DNA of 64,000 nt, from contig OY968770.1 in the NCBI GenBank assembly GCA_963695245.1, positions 1,559,198-1,623,197 on the forward strand. The letters run 5' to 3'. The position numbers were made by a program, and so were the translations under genes. Source of the DNA: an uncultured Gammaproteobacteria bacterium (lineage in GTDB: Bacteria; Pseudomonadota; Gammaproteobacteria; JBGSLN01). Positions 36,350-48,064 of this stretch are shown piece after piece. Each line of letters opens with the position of its first letter. Position 1 is the first letter of the stretch. A model generated the notes under the pieces. It made no database searches, was not told where the DNA came from, and was given only the letters and a program-made list of their open reading frames with translations.

Positions 36350-37692
36350 TGCTTAACTATAAGCTGAGCTTACTTGCAAAAATAACCGGTGGAACCTTAA
36401 GTGGCAAAGATATACCTTTTAAATCCGTCAGCATCGACTCAAGAAATTTAGAAGCGGATGCATTATTTATCGCTATCAAAGGCGAAAATTTTGATGGACA
36501 TGATTTTGCACTGGAAGCTGAGAAAAAAGGTGCTACCGCTTTATTAACTCAAAAGAAGCTTGATAGCCAGTTGCCTCAAGTCATTGTGAAAGATACCAAA
36601 ATCGCTCTAGGAAAATTAGGCGCTTATCATCGCGCACAATTTAAAAATCCAATACTGGGCTTAACCGGCAGTTTTGGTAAAACTACCACCAAGGCTTTAA
36701 TTGCAGGGATTTTAAAAACTAAATTTCAGGTGTTATCACCTGAAGGCTCCATGAATAATGATATTGGTGTGCCGCTGACTTTACTTAAATTGGATCAACA
36801 GGATTTTGCTGTCATAGAAATGGGTACCAATCATTTTGGTGAGATTGAATATCTGGCAAACCTTACACAACCGGATGCTGCCTTAATCACCGTTATTGGT
36901 TCAGCGCACTTGGAATTTTTAAAAGATTTAAAAGGTGTTGCCAAAGAAAAATCAGCTATTTTTAAAGGGTTAAAACCCGATGGTTATGCCTGTATTAATC
37001 TTGATGATCCCTATACAGAATCATTTGCTGACTTATTAAAAGATAAAAACATTGTAACTTTTGGCAATGATGAAAAAGCAATGGTACGGGCAGAAAACAT
37101 TATGCTAAATGATAAAGCTCAAGCCACCTTTACCTTAATTACTTCAAAATTCTCAGGTGAAATCAAACTTAACTGCGTAGGTATTCATAACGTTAAAAAT
37201 GCACTGGCTGCTGTGGCAATGACATTACCTTACCTGGATGACTTTGCCAGTGTAAAAGCAGGACTTGAATCAGTAGATGCGGTGAACAAAAGACTCAAAC
37301 TTCGTTCAGGTTTAAATGGCAGTACTATCATTGACGACTGCTACAGTGCCATTCCAGAGGCCGTCAGCGCCGCTTTGCAAGTGCTTTGTTGTGCTAAAGG
37401 TAAAAAGGTTTTTATTTTTGGCGGTATGGCTGAATTACAGCCTGATAAAATTATCGAAATCCATCACCACATTGGTGAAGAAGCAAAAGCTTTAGGGGTA
37501 GATGAGTTAATAACCCTGGGTGAACGAGCAAAACATACAGCTCAGGCCTTTGGCAGTGGCAGATGTTTTGATGATAAACCTGCCTTAATTGAATATTCAA
37601 AAAGCTTACTGGCAGAAAACGTGACGTTGTTGGTAAAAGGCTCCCGTGGCATGCGGCTCGAAGAAGTCGTGACCCAACTGGTACAAGAATAA
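36349..37692 (+). CDS. murF: UDP-MurNAc-pentapeptide synthetase
   Basis: TGSFGKTTTK, NNDIGVPLT, EMG, VKGSRG. Confidence 0.95.
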   Translation: MLNYKLSLLAKITGGTLSGKDIPFKSVSIDSRNLEADALFIAIKGENFDGHDFALEAEKKGATALLTQKKLDSQLPQVIVKDTKIALGKLGAYHRAQFKNPILGLTGSFGKTTTKALIAGILKTKFQVLSPEGSMNNDIGVPLTLLKLDQQDFAVIEMGTNHFGEIEYLANLTQPDAALITVIGSAHLEFLKDLKGVAKEKSAIFKGLKPDGYACINLDDPYTESFADLLKDKNIVTFGNDEKAMVRAENIMLNDKAQATFTLITSKFSGEIKLNCVGIHNVKNALAAVAMTLPYLDDFASVKAGLESVDAVNKRLKLRSGLNGSTIIDDCYSAIPEAVSAALQVLCCAKGKKVFIFGGMAELQPDKIIEIHHHIGEEAKALGVDELITLGERAKHTAQAFGSGRCFDDKPALIEYSKSLLAENVTLLVKGSRGMRLEEVVTQLVQE

Positions 37693-37701
37693 GGTGTTGA
37701 T

Positions 37702-38784
37702 ATGTTATTTTGGTTAAGTGCATTATTAAAAACCCACTTTCATTTTTTTAATGTTTTTCAATATATTACATTTCGGGCGATTTTATCTGCGTTAACCGCT
37801 TTTGGAATTTGTCTTTTGTTGGGGCCAAAATGCATTCGTTATCTCACCGCTTTAAAAATGGGACAGCCTATTCGGGATGATGGCCCCAGTTCCCATCTGG
37901 CAAAAGCAGGTACCCCAACCATGGGCGGCGTATTAATGCTTATCGCCATCAGTGTATCCGTATTGCTTTGGGGTAACCTTGCCAATAAATTTATCTGGGT
38001 AGTTTTATTGGTGACATTGGGCTTTGGTTTAATTGGCTGCGTGGATGATTATCGAAAACTGGCATTTAATAATTCTAAAGGTTTGAGTGCCCGTTATAAA
38101 TATTTGTTCCAGTCATTGATAGGACTTTTAGCGGCTGTTTTTTTATATGTATATGCAAAATCTCCAGCAGAAACCGAGCTTTTGATTCCTTACTTTAAAG
38201 ATGCAGTGGTTTATATCGGTCCATTATTTATTCTTTTGGCTTATTTAGTGGTGGTAGGCGCAAGTAACGCGGTGAATTTAACTGATGGCCTGGATGGTTT
38301 GGCAATCATGCCTACGGTTTTAGTGGCCGGTGCTTTAGGCGTATTTGCATACGTTGTGGGCAACTATGCTTATGCCAGTTATCTGATGCTACCCTACGTG
38401 CCAGGTGTGGGTGAAGTTGTTATTTTTTGCGCGGCCATGGTAGGTGCAGGTCTTGGATTTCTTTGGTTTAATGCATACCCAGCCGAAGTATTTATGGGCG
38501 ATGTGGGTTCTTTAGGGATGGGCGCTGCTCTTGGCATTATCGCGGTGATTGTGCGACAGGAAATTGTACTGTTTATCATGGGGGGCGTATTTGTGATGGA
38601 AACCTTGTCGGTAATCTTACAGGTTGGCTCTTACAAATTACGCAAAAAGCGAATTTTCAAAATGGCGCCTATCCATCATCATTTCGAGTTAAAAGGTTGG
38701 GCAGAACCAAAAGTTATTGTTCGGTTTTGGATTTTGACGGTAGTTTTTGTATTATGTGGACTTGCAAGTTTAAAACTGAGATAA
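37702..38784 (+). CDS. mraY: Phospho-MurNAc-pentapeptide transferase
   Basis: [33 protein letters not shown]. Confidence 0.97.
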   Translation: MLFWLSALLKTHFHFFNVFQYITFRAILSALTAFGICLLLGPKCIRYLTALKMGQPIRDDGPSSHLAKAGTPTMGGVLMLIAISVSVLLWGNLANKFIWVVLLVTLGFGLIGCVDDYRKLAFNNSKGLSARYKYLFQSLIGLLAAVFLYVYAKSPAETELLIPYFKDAVVYIGPLFILLAYLVVVGASNAVNLTDGLDGLAIMPTVLVAGALGVFAYVVGNYAYASYLMLPYVPGVGEVVIFCAAMVGAGLGFLWFNAYPAEVFMGDVGSLGMGAALGIIAVIVRQEIVLFIMGGVFVMETLSVILQVGSYKLRKKRIFKMAPIHHHFELKGWAEPKVIVRFWILTVVFVLCGLASLKLR

Positions 38785-38788
38785 CTTA

Positions 38789-40129
38789 ATGGCAAAAAAA
38801 CGCTTTATGGTAATAGGCCTTGGCAAAAGTGGTATTGCCACCGCCGAATTTTTACAGGCAAAGCAGTTTGATTTTGCTTTGTGTGATACCCGTAAAGAAC
38901 CACCGGAAGTTAATTATATTAAAAAGCAATTTAAAGAAGTGCCACTTTTTCTAGGTGAACTGAAGCAGGAAATGTTCGCTGATATAGATGAATTAATTAT
39001 TAGCCCCGGGCTGTCAAAAAAACTACCATTGTTCAAACAGTTGGAGGCACAGGGTAAAACTATTATCGGGGATGTAGAGCTTTTTTTAAAGTTTTGTAAA
39101 ACGCCTGTGTGTGCAATTACTGGCTCCAATGCAAAAAGCACTGTTACTACTTTAGTGACAAAAATGGCAGAAACTGCAGGTGTTAACGTCAAAATGGGCG
39201 GTAATATTGGCACACCCGTTTTGCAGTTACTACAAGCACCAGCGCCGCAACTTTATGTGTTGGAATTATCCAGCTTTCAGCTTGAAACCACTTATTCTCT
39301 CAAGGCTAAAGCCGCCACTATTTTAAATATCTGTCCCGATCATATGGACCGCTATGCTAACCTGCAAGAATATATCAATGCTAAACAGGTAATTTATCAT
39401 AATACACAAACCTGTGTATTTAACCGAGACGATCCAGCAACCTTTGTGAAATCTGTGTATGCTACTGCCAAACATCGAAGTTTTGGGCTGCAACCACAAG
39501 AAGGTGCTTTTGGTTTAATTCGTGAAAATGGTGAAATTTTTCTAAGCTTTGGCTTTGAAAAACTCATGAATATAAAAGAAATGTTGCAGGTTGGATTACA
39601 TCATGCCCAAAATGCACTGGCAGCTTTAAGCCTGGGACAGGCCTGCGGTTTGCCTCTGGATGCTATGTTACAAACTTTAAAAACCTTCAAAGGCTTAAAA
39701 CATCGATGTCAGTTAGTGAAAACCCATCAGGGCGTGAGCTGGTATAACGATTCTAAAGGTACTAACGAAGGCGCCACCCAAGCAGCGATAGAAAGTATCG
39801 GTGAATGTATTTCCGGTAAAGTGATTTTGCTCGCGGGGGGGGTTGGTAAAGGTGCAGACTTTGAAATTTTAAAAAAGCCGGTTGCAAACTATGTAAAAAC
39901 CCTGATTTTATTTGGCGAAGCCAAAGAACAACTCAAAGCAGTCTTAGGACAACTAACGCAAACCCTTGTGGTTGATGATTTATCTGAAGCGATTCAAATG
40001 GCCAAGAAACATGCTCAAACCGGAGACAGTGTTTTACTCTCACCTGCCTGTGCAAGTTTTGATATGTTCAAAAATTTTGAAGATAGAGGTGAGATTTTTG
40101 AAAGACTGGTTTTGGAGCTGGTTCAATGA
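38789..40129 (+). CDS. murD: UDP-MurNAc-L-Ala-D-Glu ligase
   Basis: GSNAKSTVT, ELSSFQLE, NDSKGTN, LSPACASFD. Confidence 0.97.
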   Translation: MAKKRFMVIGLGKSGIATAEFLQAKQFDFALCDTRKEPPEVNYIKKQFKEVPLFLGELKQEMFADIDELIISPGLSKKLPLFKQLEAQGKTIIGDVELFLKFCKTPVCAITGSNAKSTVTTLVTKMAETAGVNVKMGGNIGTPVLQLLQAPAPQLYVLELSSFQLETTYSLKAKAATILNICPDHMDRYANLQEYINAKQVIYHNTQTCVFNRDDPATFVKSVYATAKHRSFGLQPQEGAFGLIRENGEIFLSFGFEKLMNIKEMLQVGLHHAQNALAALSLGQACGLPLDAMLQTLKTFKGLKHRCQLVKTHQGVSWYNDSKGTNEGATQAAIESIGECISGKVILLAGGVGKGADFEILKKPVANYVKTLILFGEAKEQLKAVLGQLTQTLVVDDLSEAIQMAKKHAQTGDSVLLSPACASFDMFKNFEDRGEIFERLVLELVQ

Positions 40130-41280
40130 GCATGGCAAAGCTCAAAGCCGGCATCAGCAAAATATCCGCCAACCAAAATTTTCAGTTTGATCCCTGGCTT
40201 GTGACAGCTACTTTGGCATTAATGGTGTTTGGATTGGTGATGGTTGCTTCGGCTTCCATTGTGGTTTCACAGACGCAGTTTCATTCCTCTTTTCATTTTT
40301 TAATCAAGCAATCCATATATATGATGCTGGGATTATTGGCTGTGAGTATCGTGATTCGAATTGAAACCACTTTGATCCAAAAGATAGCGCCTTATTTTTT
40401 ACTTTTAACTTTTTTGCTGCTGATTTTAGTCTTAGTTCCAGGTATTGGCCGAGAAGTGAATGGCAGTACTCGATGGATAGGGGTGGGTCCCATTGGTTTT
40501 CAGGTATCTGAGCTTGCAAAACTTTTTGCCATATTGTACATGGCAGATTATCTGGCCAGAAGAAATCAGGAAGTGAAAACCCAGGTCAGTGGTTTTTTAA
40601 AACCCATGATTTTGTTAGGGGTAATGGCATTATTGCTTTTAAAAGAACCCGATTTTGGCGCCGCCACTGTAATTATGGCAACCGCCTTAGCCATGATGTT
40701 TTTAGCGGGTGCAAAATTCTGGCAGTTTTTGGTATTACTGGGCTCAGTAGCATCGGCACTGGCGGCGCTGGCCATTTCATCTCCTTATAGGCTGGCGCGC
40801 TTGACTACTTTTTTAAATCCCTGGTCTCATGAATACGCCAGTGGGTATCAGTTAACCCAATCTTTAATTGCCTTTGGTCGAGGTGGCTGGTTTGGCGTTG
40901 GATTGGGAGACAGTATCCAAAAACTTTTTTATTTGCCCGAAGCTCATACAGATTTTCTGTTTGCGGTTTTAGCTGAAGAGTTGGGCATGGCAGGTGTTTT
41001 GGCGGTAATTGCGTTATTTGGTATCATTGTCTGGCGCGCTTTAGTCATTGCCAGACGGGCTCATGAGCGTAATAATCTCTTTGGGGCTTTTCTTGGCTAC
41101 GGGCTTGGATTGTGGATGGCTATGCAGGCAATGATAAATATTGGGGTAAATTCTGGTCTTTTACCGACAAAAGGCTTAACATTGCCACTGATGAGCTATG
41201 GTGGCAGCAGTTTGATTGTGATGTTGACTCTGATAGGCTTATTAATAAGAATCGATTATGAACTGCGTTCTTCGGAGTAA
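40126..41280 (+). CDS. ftsW: Peptidoglycan polymerase FtsW
   Basis: NGSTRW, EPDFG, LPEAHTDF, PLMSYGGSS. Confidence 0.96.
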   Translation: MSMAKLKAGISKISANQNFQFDPWLVTATLALMVFGLVMVASASIVVSQTQFHSSFHFLIKQSIYMMLGLLAVSIVIRIETTLIQKIAPYFLLLTFLLLILVLVPGIGREVNGSTRWIGVGPIGFQVSELAKLFAILYMADYLARRNQEVKTQVSGFLKPMILLGVMALLLLKEPDFGAATVIMATALAMMFLAGAKFWQFLVLLGSVASALAALAISSPYRLARLTTFLNPWSHEYASGYQLTQSLIAFGRGGWFGVGLGDSIQKLFYLPEAHTDFLFAVLAEELGMAGVLAVIALFGIIVWRALVIARRAHERNNLFGAFLGYGLGLWMAMQAMINIGVNSGLLPTKGLTLPLMSYGGSSLIVMLTLIGLLIRIDYELRSSE

Positions 41281-41283
41281 TAT

Positions 41284-42673
41284 ATGAAGCAAATGCAAAC
41301 GCGTATGAAACACATTCATTTTGTAGGTATCGGTGGCTGCGGCATGAGCGGTATCGCAGATGTGATGCTCGCTAAAGGCTATTCAATTTCCGGCTCAGAT
41401 GTAAAACAAAATAAAACCACGGAATACTTAAAAGGACGAGGGGTTACCATTTTCATAGGTCACGGCGCTGATAACATTAATGGGGCTGACACCGTTGTGC
41501 TTTCCAGTGCCATTGATGATAATAATCCAGAAGTTACCGCTGCAGCGAAACACAATATTCCCATCATCAAACGGGCGCAGATGTTATCAGAAATCATGAG
41601 TGAGCAGGTGGGTATCGCCATTGCGGGTACTCACGGTAAAACCACTACTACTAGTTTGACCACCAGCATATTTTTAAAAGGCGATATGCAACCTACTTAT
41701 CTTATCGGCGGTACTTTGCATGAATCTGGCGTGAATGCAAGTCTTGGCATTGGAGACCACTGTATTGCTGAAGCGGACGAAAGTGATGCATCCTTTTTGT
41801 ACTTGAACCCTAAAGTTGCAGTACTTACCAACATCGATGTGGATCATCTTTGGTCCTATGGCAGCGATTTTCAAAATCTAAAACAAACTTTTATTGACTT
41901 TATGAACCGCTTACCCGCAGACGGGGTGGCGGTTATCTGTGCAGATGATCCCATGAATTTAAGTATTATGGATGCCATCGGGCCACCTAAAATCACCTAT
42001 GGTTTTGCTAAATCTGCCGATGTACAAATTCTCAACTTTAAACAAAAGAAAACCCAATCTTCTTTTAAAGTTAAATTTAAAAAAGAAGATGAAGTATTGG
42101 ATATTCAGTCTGAATCTGCCTGGCAGACATAATGCCCAAAATGCAGTTGCTGCCATGGTGGTCGCAAAAGCTCAAGGCGTGGATGATGTGGCTATCAAAA
42201 CCGCACTCATGCAGTTTGAAGGTGTTGGGCGTCGTTTTCAAAGGCGTGGTTATTTTCATGGGGATAAAGCAAAAGCACTTTTGATTGATGATTACGGTCA
42301 TCATCCTCGAGAAATCGCAGCGACGATAGCTGCAGTGAAAGAAGCCTGGCCTGACAATCGTCTGGTTTTAGCATTTCAGCCTCATCGTTATTCTAGAACT
42401 CAAAATCTTTTTGATGATTTTGCAAAAGAATTAGCAAAGGCGGATATGCTGATCTTACTGGATGTTTTTCCTGCGGGTGAGAAACCCATTGCCGGTTATG
42501 AAGGTATAGATTTAAAAGCCGCTGTGATGGCTAAAGGACAAAACAACCTTATATTTGTGCCAAGAGAAGAAAGCCTTGAAACAGTTTTAAAACCTTTAAT
42601 AAAAGAAGGGGATATCTTGATTCTACAGGGCGCAGGCGATATTGGCGCTATGGCCGCCAGTCTGGCAAAATAA
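41284..42673 (+). CDS. murC: UDP-MurNAc-L-Ala ligase, +1 frameshift near 42103-42109
   Basis: GIGGCGMSG, GTHGKTTT, EADESD in ORF1; LNLPGRHN, GVGRRF, DDYGHHP, QPHRYSR in ORF2. Confidence 0.93.
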
Positions 42674-42685
42674 TCAGGATGTATC

Positions 42686-43615
42686 ATGACTCAAATAAAT
42701 GCTATCGATAAAAAAGCTTTTGGCAAAGTCGCGGTGTTAATGGGCGGACCTTACGCAGAAAGAGAAGTGTCCCTCATGTCGGGCAAAGCTGTTTTAAAAG
42801 CTCTGCAAACCAGCGATATTCAGGCTGTAGCTATTGATGTTGATGACCATATCTGTCATAGACTTTTAGAAGAAAAACCTGACAGAGTATTTATTGCCAT
42901 GCATGGTACTTATGGCGAAGATGGTACGGTGCAGGGATTATTAGAAAGTTTAAGAATCCCTTATACTGGCAGTGATGTATTGTCCTCAGCTATTGCTATG
43001 GATAAACACAAAACCAAATTAATTTGGAAAGCTTTAGGATTACCTACTTTAGATTTTCATATCGCAGATGAAACCACAGATTTTTTTGAGCTTAAAGAAA
43101 AATTCAAGACACCGCTGGCAGTCAAGCCAACCTCTGAAGGCTCAAGTGTCGGTGTTACCAAAGTCAATACTAAGCAGGAATTTACTACTGCTTTAGCTAA
43201 AGCTCAGCAACATAAAAATAAAGTGATGATTGAGCCTTGGATAGAAGGCCAGGAATTAACGGTATGTATTTTAGGTGACAAAACTTTGCCTGTAATAAGA
43301 ATTGCAACACCGGTCGGATTTTATGACTATGAAGCTAAATATTTTTCTGAAGAAACTCAGTTTTTTATTCCCAGCGGATTAAAGGATGAGCGCGAAGCAG
43401 AATTAAAAACACTGGCTTTCAAAGCTTATCAAGCCTTAGGCTGTCGCCATTTTGGACGGGTGGACTTAATCATGGATAAACATGAAAAATTTTGGCTGTT
43501 GGAAGCCAATACTATTCCAGGGTTGACCAGCCACAGCCTGGTGCCTCAGGCAGCAGCTGCTGTTGGCATGAGTTTTGCTGACTTAACCCTTGAAATTCTC
43601 CGACAAACCCTTTGA
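42686..43615 (+). CDS. ddl: D-alanine-D-alanine ligase
   Basis: EREVSL, HGTYGEDG, EGSSVG, YDYEAKY, EANTIPG. Confidence 0.96.
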   Translation: MTQINAIDKKAFGKVAVLMGGPYAEREVSLMSGKAVLKALQTSDIQAVAIDVDDHICHRLLEEKPDRVFIAMHGTYGEDGTVQGLLESLRIPYTGSDVLSSAIAMDKHKTKLIWKALGLPTLDFHIADETTDFFELKEKFKTPLAVKPTSEGSSVGVTKVNTKQEFTTALAKAQQHKNKVMIEPWIEGQELTVCILGDKTLPVIRIATPVGFYDYEAKYFSEETQFFIPSGLKDEREAELKTLAFKAYQALGCRHFGRVDLIMDKHEKFWLLEANTIPGLTSHSLVPQAAAAVGMSFADLTLEILRQTL

Positions 43616-43618
43616 TCC

Positions 43619-44374
43619 ATGTCTTTTGCTAGAAATCAGGCCACCACCAAAGCCCAAATGATTGGAAGACGCAAAAAGCGTCAAAAACATTTTTATCGAT
43701 TAACCTACACAGTGCTGGCCGTCAGTCTGTTTCTTTGGGGATATAACTTTCTTCGACAGACACAGTTTTTTCTGATTCGTCATATTCAGGTGGAAGGGAC
43801 ACTGCAGCATGCAGATAAAACCAAAATCAGCAATATTTTGCAGCCATTGATTCATTCAAGTTTATTTTCTTTGAATCAATCCTCGCTACATCAGGCTTTA
43901 GTAGCACTGCCTTGGATAAAGCAGGTAGACATTCATAGAGATTTTCCTCATGAATTGATCATCAAACTCAATGAAAAACAGGTGGTTGCAAGCTTCAATG
44001 GTAAAGCGCTAATTGATAAATCTGGTAATTTATTTACACCAGAAGATAAAAGCATCATAGCGCAATTTCCGGAAATTATTGCATCAAAAGATTTACTGCC
44101 AGCAGCACTCAAAGATCTTCAAACTCTCCAATTGATTCTGGCTTCGCAAAACTTGAAAATTAAATCTTTAATATTGGCGCAACGTAATTCTGTGACTTTG
44201 ATTTTGACCAATGGCCTGAAAATCTTGCTGGGCAAACAAAATATGAGCGCAAGACTGGAAACTTTTCTCGATATTTATCCAAAGGTATTTGAAAATCGCT
44301 TAAATCAGGTACAATACATCGATATGCGTTATACCAATGGTATGGCAGTGAAATGGGCAACCGCAAATAGATAA
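43619..44374 (+). CDS. ftsQ: Cell division protein FtsQ
   Basis: TM + POTRA (LPWIKQV), C-terminal YIDMRYTNGMAVKW. Confidence 0.93.
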   Translation: MSFARNQATTKAQMIGRRKKRQKHFYRLTYTVLAVSLFLWGYNFLRQTQFFLIRHIQVEGTLQHADKTKISNILQPLIHSSLFSLNQSSLHQALVALPWIKQVDIHRDFPHELIIKLNEKQVVASFNGKALIDKSGNLFTPEDKSIIAQFPEIIASKDLLPAALKDLQTLQLILASQNLKIKSLILAQRNSVTLILTNGLKILLGKQNMSARLETFLDIYPKVFENRLNQVQYIDMRYTNGMAVKWATANR

Positions 44375-44390
44375 GCTGGAGACAAGCACC

Positions 44391-45627
44391 ATGGCAAAAA
44401 AAATGGAAAAAAACCTTATTGTAGGTCTAGACATAGGCACCAGCAAGGTTGTAGCGCTAATTGGAGAAATCAGTGATGATAATTCAATTAATATCGTGGG
44501 GCTTGGCCATCATCCTTCCAGAGGTTTAAAACGAGGTGTTGTGGTTAATATTGAAGCCACGGTGCAATCGATTCAAAGAGCTGTGGAAGAAGCAGAATTG
44601 ATGGCTGGCTGCCAGGTACATGCTGCATATACTGGAATTGCTGGCAGTCATATCAAAAGCTTAAACTCTCACGGCATCGTTGCCATCAAAGATCAGGAAG
44701 TCACCTCAGACTGATATCGACAGAGTCATTGATGCTGCCAGAGCAGTGGCAATTCCTGCCGATCAGAAAATTTTACATATTCTGCCGCAAGAGTTTGTAA
44801 TTGACACCCAAGAAGGTATTCGAGAACCCATTGGCATGTCAGGGGTACGATTGGAAGCCAGAGTTCACATGGTTACCGGTGCAGTGAGTGCCGCTCAGAA
44901 TATTGTCAAATGTGTGAGGCGTTGTGGTTATCAGGTTGCCGATGTAATTTTAGAACAGCTTGCCTCAAGTCACGCAGTTTTAAATGAAGATGAAAAAGAA
45001 CTGGGTGTTTGTATGATTGATATTGGGGGAGGCACTACCGATATCGCAATTTTTACCCATGGAGCCATTCGTCATACGGCAGTGATTCCCATTGCAGGTG
45101 ATCAGGTAACCAATGATATTGCAGTGGCTTTACGAACTCCGACTCAAAATGCAGAAGAAATCAAAAAGAATCATGCCTGTTGTTTATTAGAATTGGTTGA
45201 AGCCGGTGATTTTATTGAAGTACCCAGTGTAGGAGAGCGGCCACCCCGTAAAGTGTCCCGTCATGATTTAACCGCAGTGGTGCAGGCTAGATATGAAGAA
45301 TTATTTAATCTGGTTAAAGCAGAACTGCGTCGCAGTGGCTTTGAAGATTTGATTGCAGCCGGGATTGTTCTAACTGGTGGCGCCTCTAGTGTTCGCGGTG
45401 CTTTAGATTTAGCTGAAAAAGTATTTAAAATGCCGGTACGTCAAGGCGTACCACAGCATATTAATGGGCTAAAAGATGTGGTCAATAACCCAATTTATGC
45501 CACCAGTGTTGGACTGTTACTGCACGGGGTCAAGCAGCAGCACAATGGCAAAAACAGCATCATTTTACCAGATAACCAAAATGGTGTCTGGTCCAGAATG
45601 AAAAGCTGGTTCAAAGGCAATTTTTAA
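44391..45627 (+). CDS. ftsA: Cell division protein FtsA, +1 frameshift near 44704-44706
   Basis: GLDIGTSK in ORF1; DIGGGTT, VLTGG, WFKGNF in ORF2. Confidence 0.94.
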
Positions 45628-45722
45628 TGATAGATTTTTTGACAAACTGCTAAAAATTTGAAATAGTACCCACAAGCCGTAAAATTAATAATCAAGCCAG
45701 CAAAGCTTAATGGAGAATTGTA

Positions 45723-46892
45723 ATGTCACAACTGTTTGAACTTATGGATAATGCACCACAAAATGCTGTTATCAAAGTTATCGGTGTCGGTGGTGGCGGT
45801 GGTAACGCTGTCCAACATATGATTGCCGAGAAAAATATTCATGGTGTAGAGTTCATTATTGCAAATACCGATGTACAGGCGTTACAAAATGTCAAAGCCG
45901 ATACGGTTTTGCAGTTAGGTGAAAAAGTCACAAAAGGATTGGGTGCTGGCGCAAATCCCAGCATTGGCCGTGAGTCAGCTTTAGAAGATCAAGAACGCAT
46001 TCAAAATTTACTCGATGGTACAGACATGTTGTTCATTACCGCTGGTATGGGCGGTGGCACTGGGACCGGTGCTGCACCTATTGTGGCAGAAATCGCCCGT
46101 GAAATGGGGATTTTAACTGTAGCAGTTGTTACACGTCCATTTAGTTTTGAAGGCAAAGTACGATCTAGCGTTGCAATAGATGGTCTTGAACAGCTTCGCA
46201 AAAATGTAGATTCTTTAATCACCATTCCTAATAATAAATTATTAAGCGTTCTGGGTAAAAACGTCACATTACTCAATGCTTTTAAAGCGGCCAATAATGT
46301 ACTTCATGGTGCTGTTCAGGGGATCTCTGATTTAATCACCCGTCCAGGACTTATCAACGTAGACTTTGCAGATGTTAGAACCGTTATGTCTGAAATGGGC
46401 TTTGCCATGATGGGAACCGGTCATGCCTCTGGTGAAGGCCGTGCCCGCGCTGCTGCAGAAGCGGCAATTGCTTCGCCATTACTGGATGATGTAGATTTAT
46501 CCGGTGCCAAAGGAGTACTGGTAAATATTACTGCAGGCTTGGATATGTCTATTGGCGAATTTGAAGAAGTGGGCGCCGCGATTCGAGATTTAACTTCAGA
46601 AGGTGCTACGGTCGTTGTGGGAACCGTGATTGATCCTGAATTGAGTGATGAATTAAGAGTGACCGTGGTAGTGACTGGTTTGAGTGAAAAAGAAAACACC
46701 ACTCAAGTTGCCAAAGCCCCTGTTGAAAGTGCTAAGAAATCCGATGGCACAACCGACTACCATAAGCTTGAGCGGCCTACCTTGATGCGTCAGCAGGCAG
46801 TTAACCCAAAACCTGCAGCTGAAAACACTCAAGATGTTGAGTATCTTGATATACCGGCATTTTTACGACGTCAGGAAGAAGCCCAATCGTAA
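45723..46892 (+). CDS. ftsZ: Cell division protein FtsZ
   Basis: GVGGGGGNA, GMGGGTGTG, INVDFAD, YLDIPAFLR. Confidence 0.99.
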   Translation: MSQLFELMDNAPQNAVIKVIGVGGGGGNAVQHMIAEKNIHGVEFIIANTDVQALQNVKADTVLQLGEKVTKGLGAGANPSIGRESALEDQERIQNLLDGTDMLFITAGMGGGTGTGAAPIVAEIAREMGILTVAVVTRPFSFEGKVRSSVAIDGLEQLRKNVDSLITIPNNKLLSVLGKNVTLLNAFKAANNVLHGAVQGISDLITRPGLINVDFADVRTVMSEMGFAMMGTGHASGEGRARAAAEAAIASPLLDDVDLSGAKGVLVNITAGLDMSIGEFEEVGAAIRDLTSEGATVVVGTVIDPELSDELRVTVVVTGLSEKENTTQVAKAPVESAKKSDGTTDYHKLERPTLMRQQAVNPKPAAENTQDVEYLDIPAFLRRQEEAQS

Positions 46893-47116
46893 AAAAAACT
46901 ACCTTTTATCATAAGGTTATGCTAGAATTTTGTATCTTTTAAGTAAAATTATATTTAACTTATTGATTATTTTGAATTTTTATTGGGGTGAGCGGTTTCA
47001 TCCCAAGTTTTTATCACTCACCGTTACCTGAGGGAAATGGAACGGGGTTGGGCGGACTGCAAAAATCTTTTTGCTGGCTCAAAGGGGCGTGACTCAATCA
47101 AGGTCAAAGCAAGATA

Positions 47117-48043
47117 ATGATTAAACAAAGAACATTAAAGAACAAAATCCAAGCCACAGGCGTTGGTATCCACACGGGTGAAACCGTTTATCTCACTTTA
47201 CATCCTGCCCCGGTTAATACGGGAATTATTTTCAGAAGAACAGATTTAAATCCAGCGGTTGAAATACCTGCACGTTCAGAGTTTGTGGGTGAAACCAATA
47301 TGTCTACTTCTTTGACCAACAAAGGCGTAAAAGTTTCAACGGTAGAGCATTTATTATCTGCTTTAGCAGGACTTGCCATTGACAACTGTTATGTAGATGT
47401 TACGGCTGCCGAAGTGCCTATTATGGACGGCAGTGCCAGTCCTTTCGTATTTCTGATTCAATCTGCCGGAATTGAAGAGCAAGATGAGCCTAAAGTGTTC
47501 ATTAAAATCAAAAAAACTGTGCGGATTAAAGCAAACGATAAAACTGCAGCCTTAAAACCTCATGAAGGATTTAAAGTTTCCTTTACCATCGACTTTGATC
47601 ATCCAGTTTTTCGATCTGTACCTCAAACTTCAACCCTTGATTTTTCCAACAGTTCTTATATCAAAAACGTCAGTCGAGCCAGAACCTTTGGTTTTTTGGC
47701 TGATTACGAAAAGCTTAGAGAAATGAACCTTGCCTTGGGTGGCAGCATGGATAATGCTGTCATCATTGATGATTATCGTGTTATGAATGATGATGGTTTG
47801 CGCTATGAAGATGAATTCGTAAAACATAAAATTCTTGATGCGGTAGGAGATTTATATCTGTTGGGTCACAATCTTATTGGTGCATTCGAGGGTTATAAAT
47901 CAGGTCACGCATTAAATAATGAATTAATTAAAACACTGCTTGCTAACGAAAAAGCCTGGGAATTCACAACCCTGGAACAAAAAAGCAAAAGCAAAGCAGC
48001 AGATTCTTATATTTTGCCTGTGATTGATCCTGCTATTGCATAA
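47117..48043 (+). CDS. lpxC: UDP-3-O-acyl-GlcNAc deacetylase
   Basis: [37 protein letters not shown]. Confidence 0.97.
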   Translation: MIKQRTLKNKIQATGVGIHTGETVYLTLHPAPVNTGIIFRRTDLNPAVEIPARSEFVGETNMSTSLTNKGVKVSTVEHLLSALAGLAIDNCYVDVTAAEVPIMDGSASPFVFLIQSAGIEEQDEPKVFIKIKKTVRIKANDKTAALKPHEGFKVSFTIDFDHPVFRSVPQTSTLDFSNSSYIKNVSRARTFGFLADYEKLREMNLALGGSMDNAVIIDDYRVMNDDGLRYEDEFVKHKILDAVGDLYLLGHNLIGAFEGYKSGHALNNELIKTLLANEKAWEFTTLEQKSKSKAADSYILPVIDPAIA

Positions 48044-48064
48044 TTTAACTGATTTTGATCAATT

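Noticed and set aside
42100-44710. Programmed frameshifting in murC and ftsA
   Set aside because: No slippery sequence at the inferred sites; single-base error is simpler
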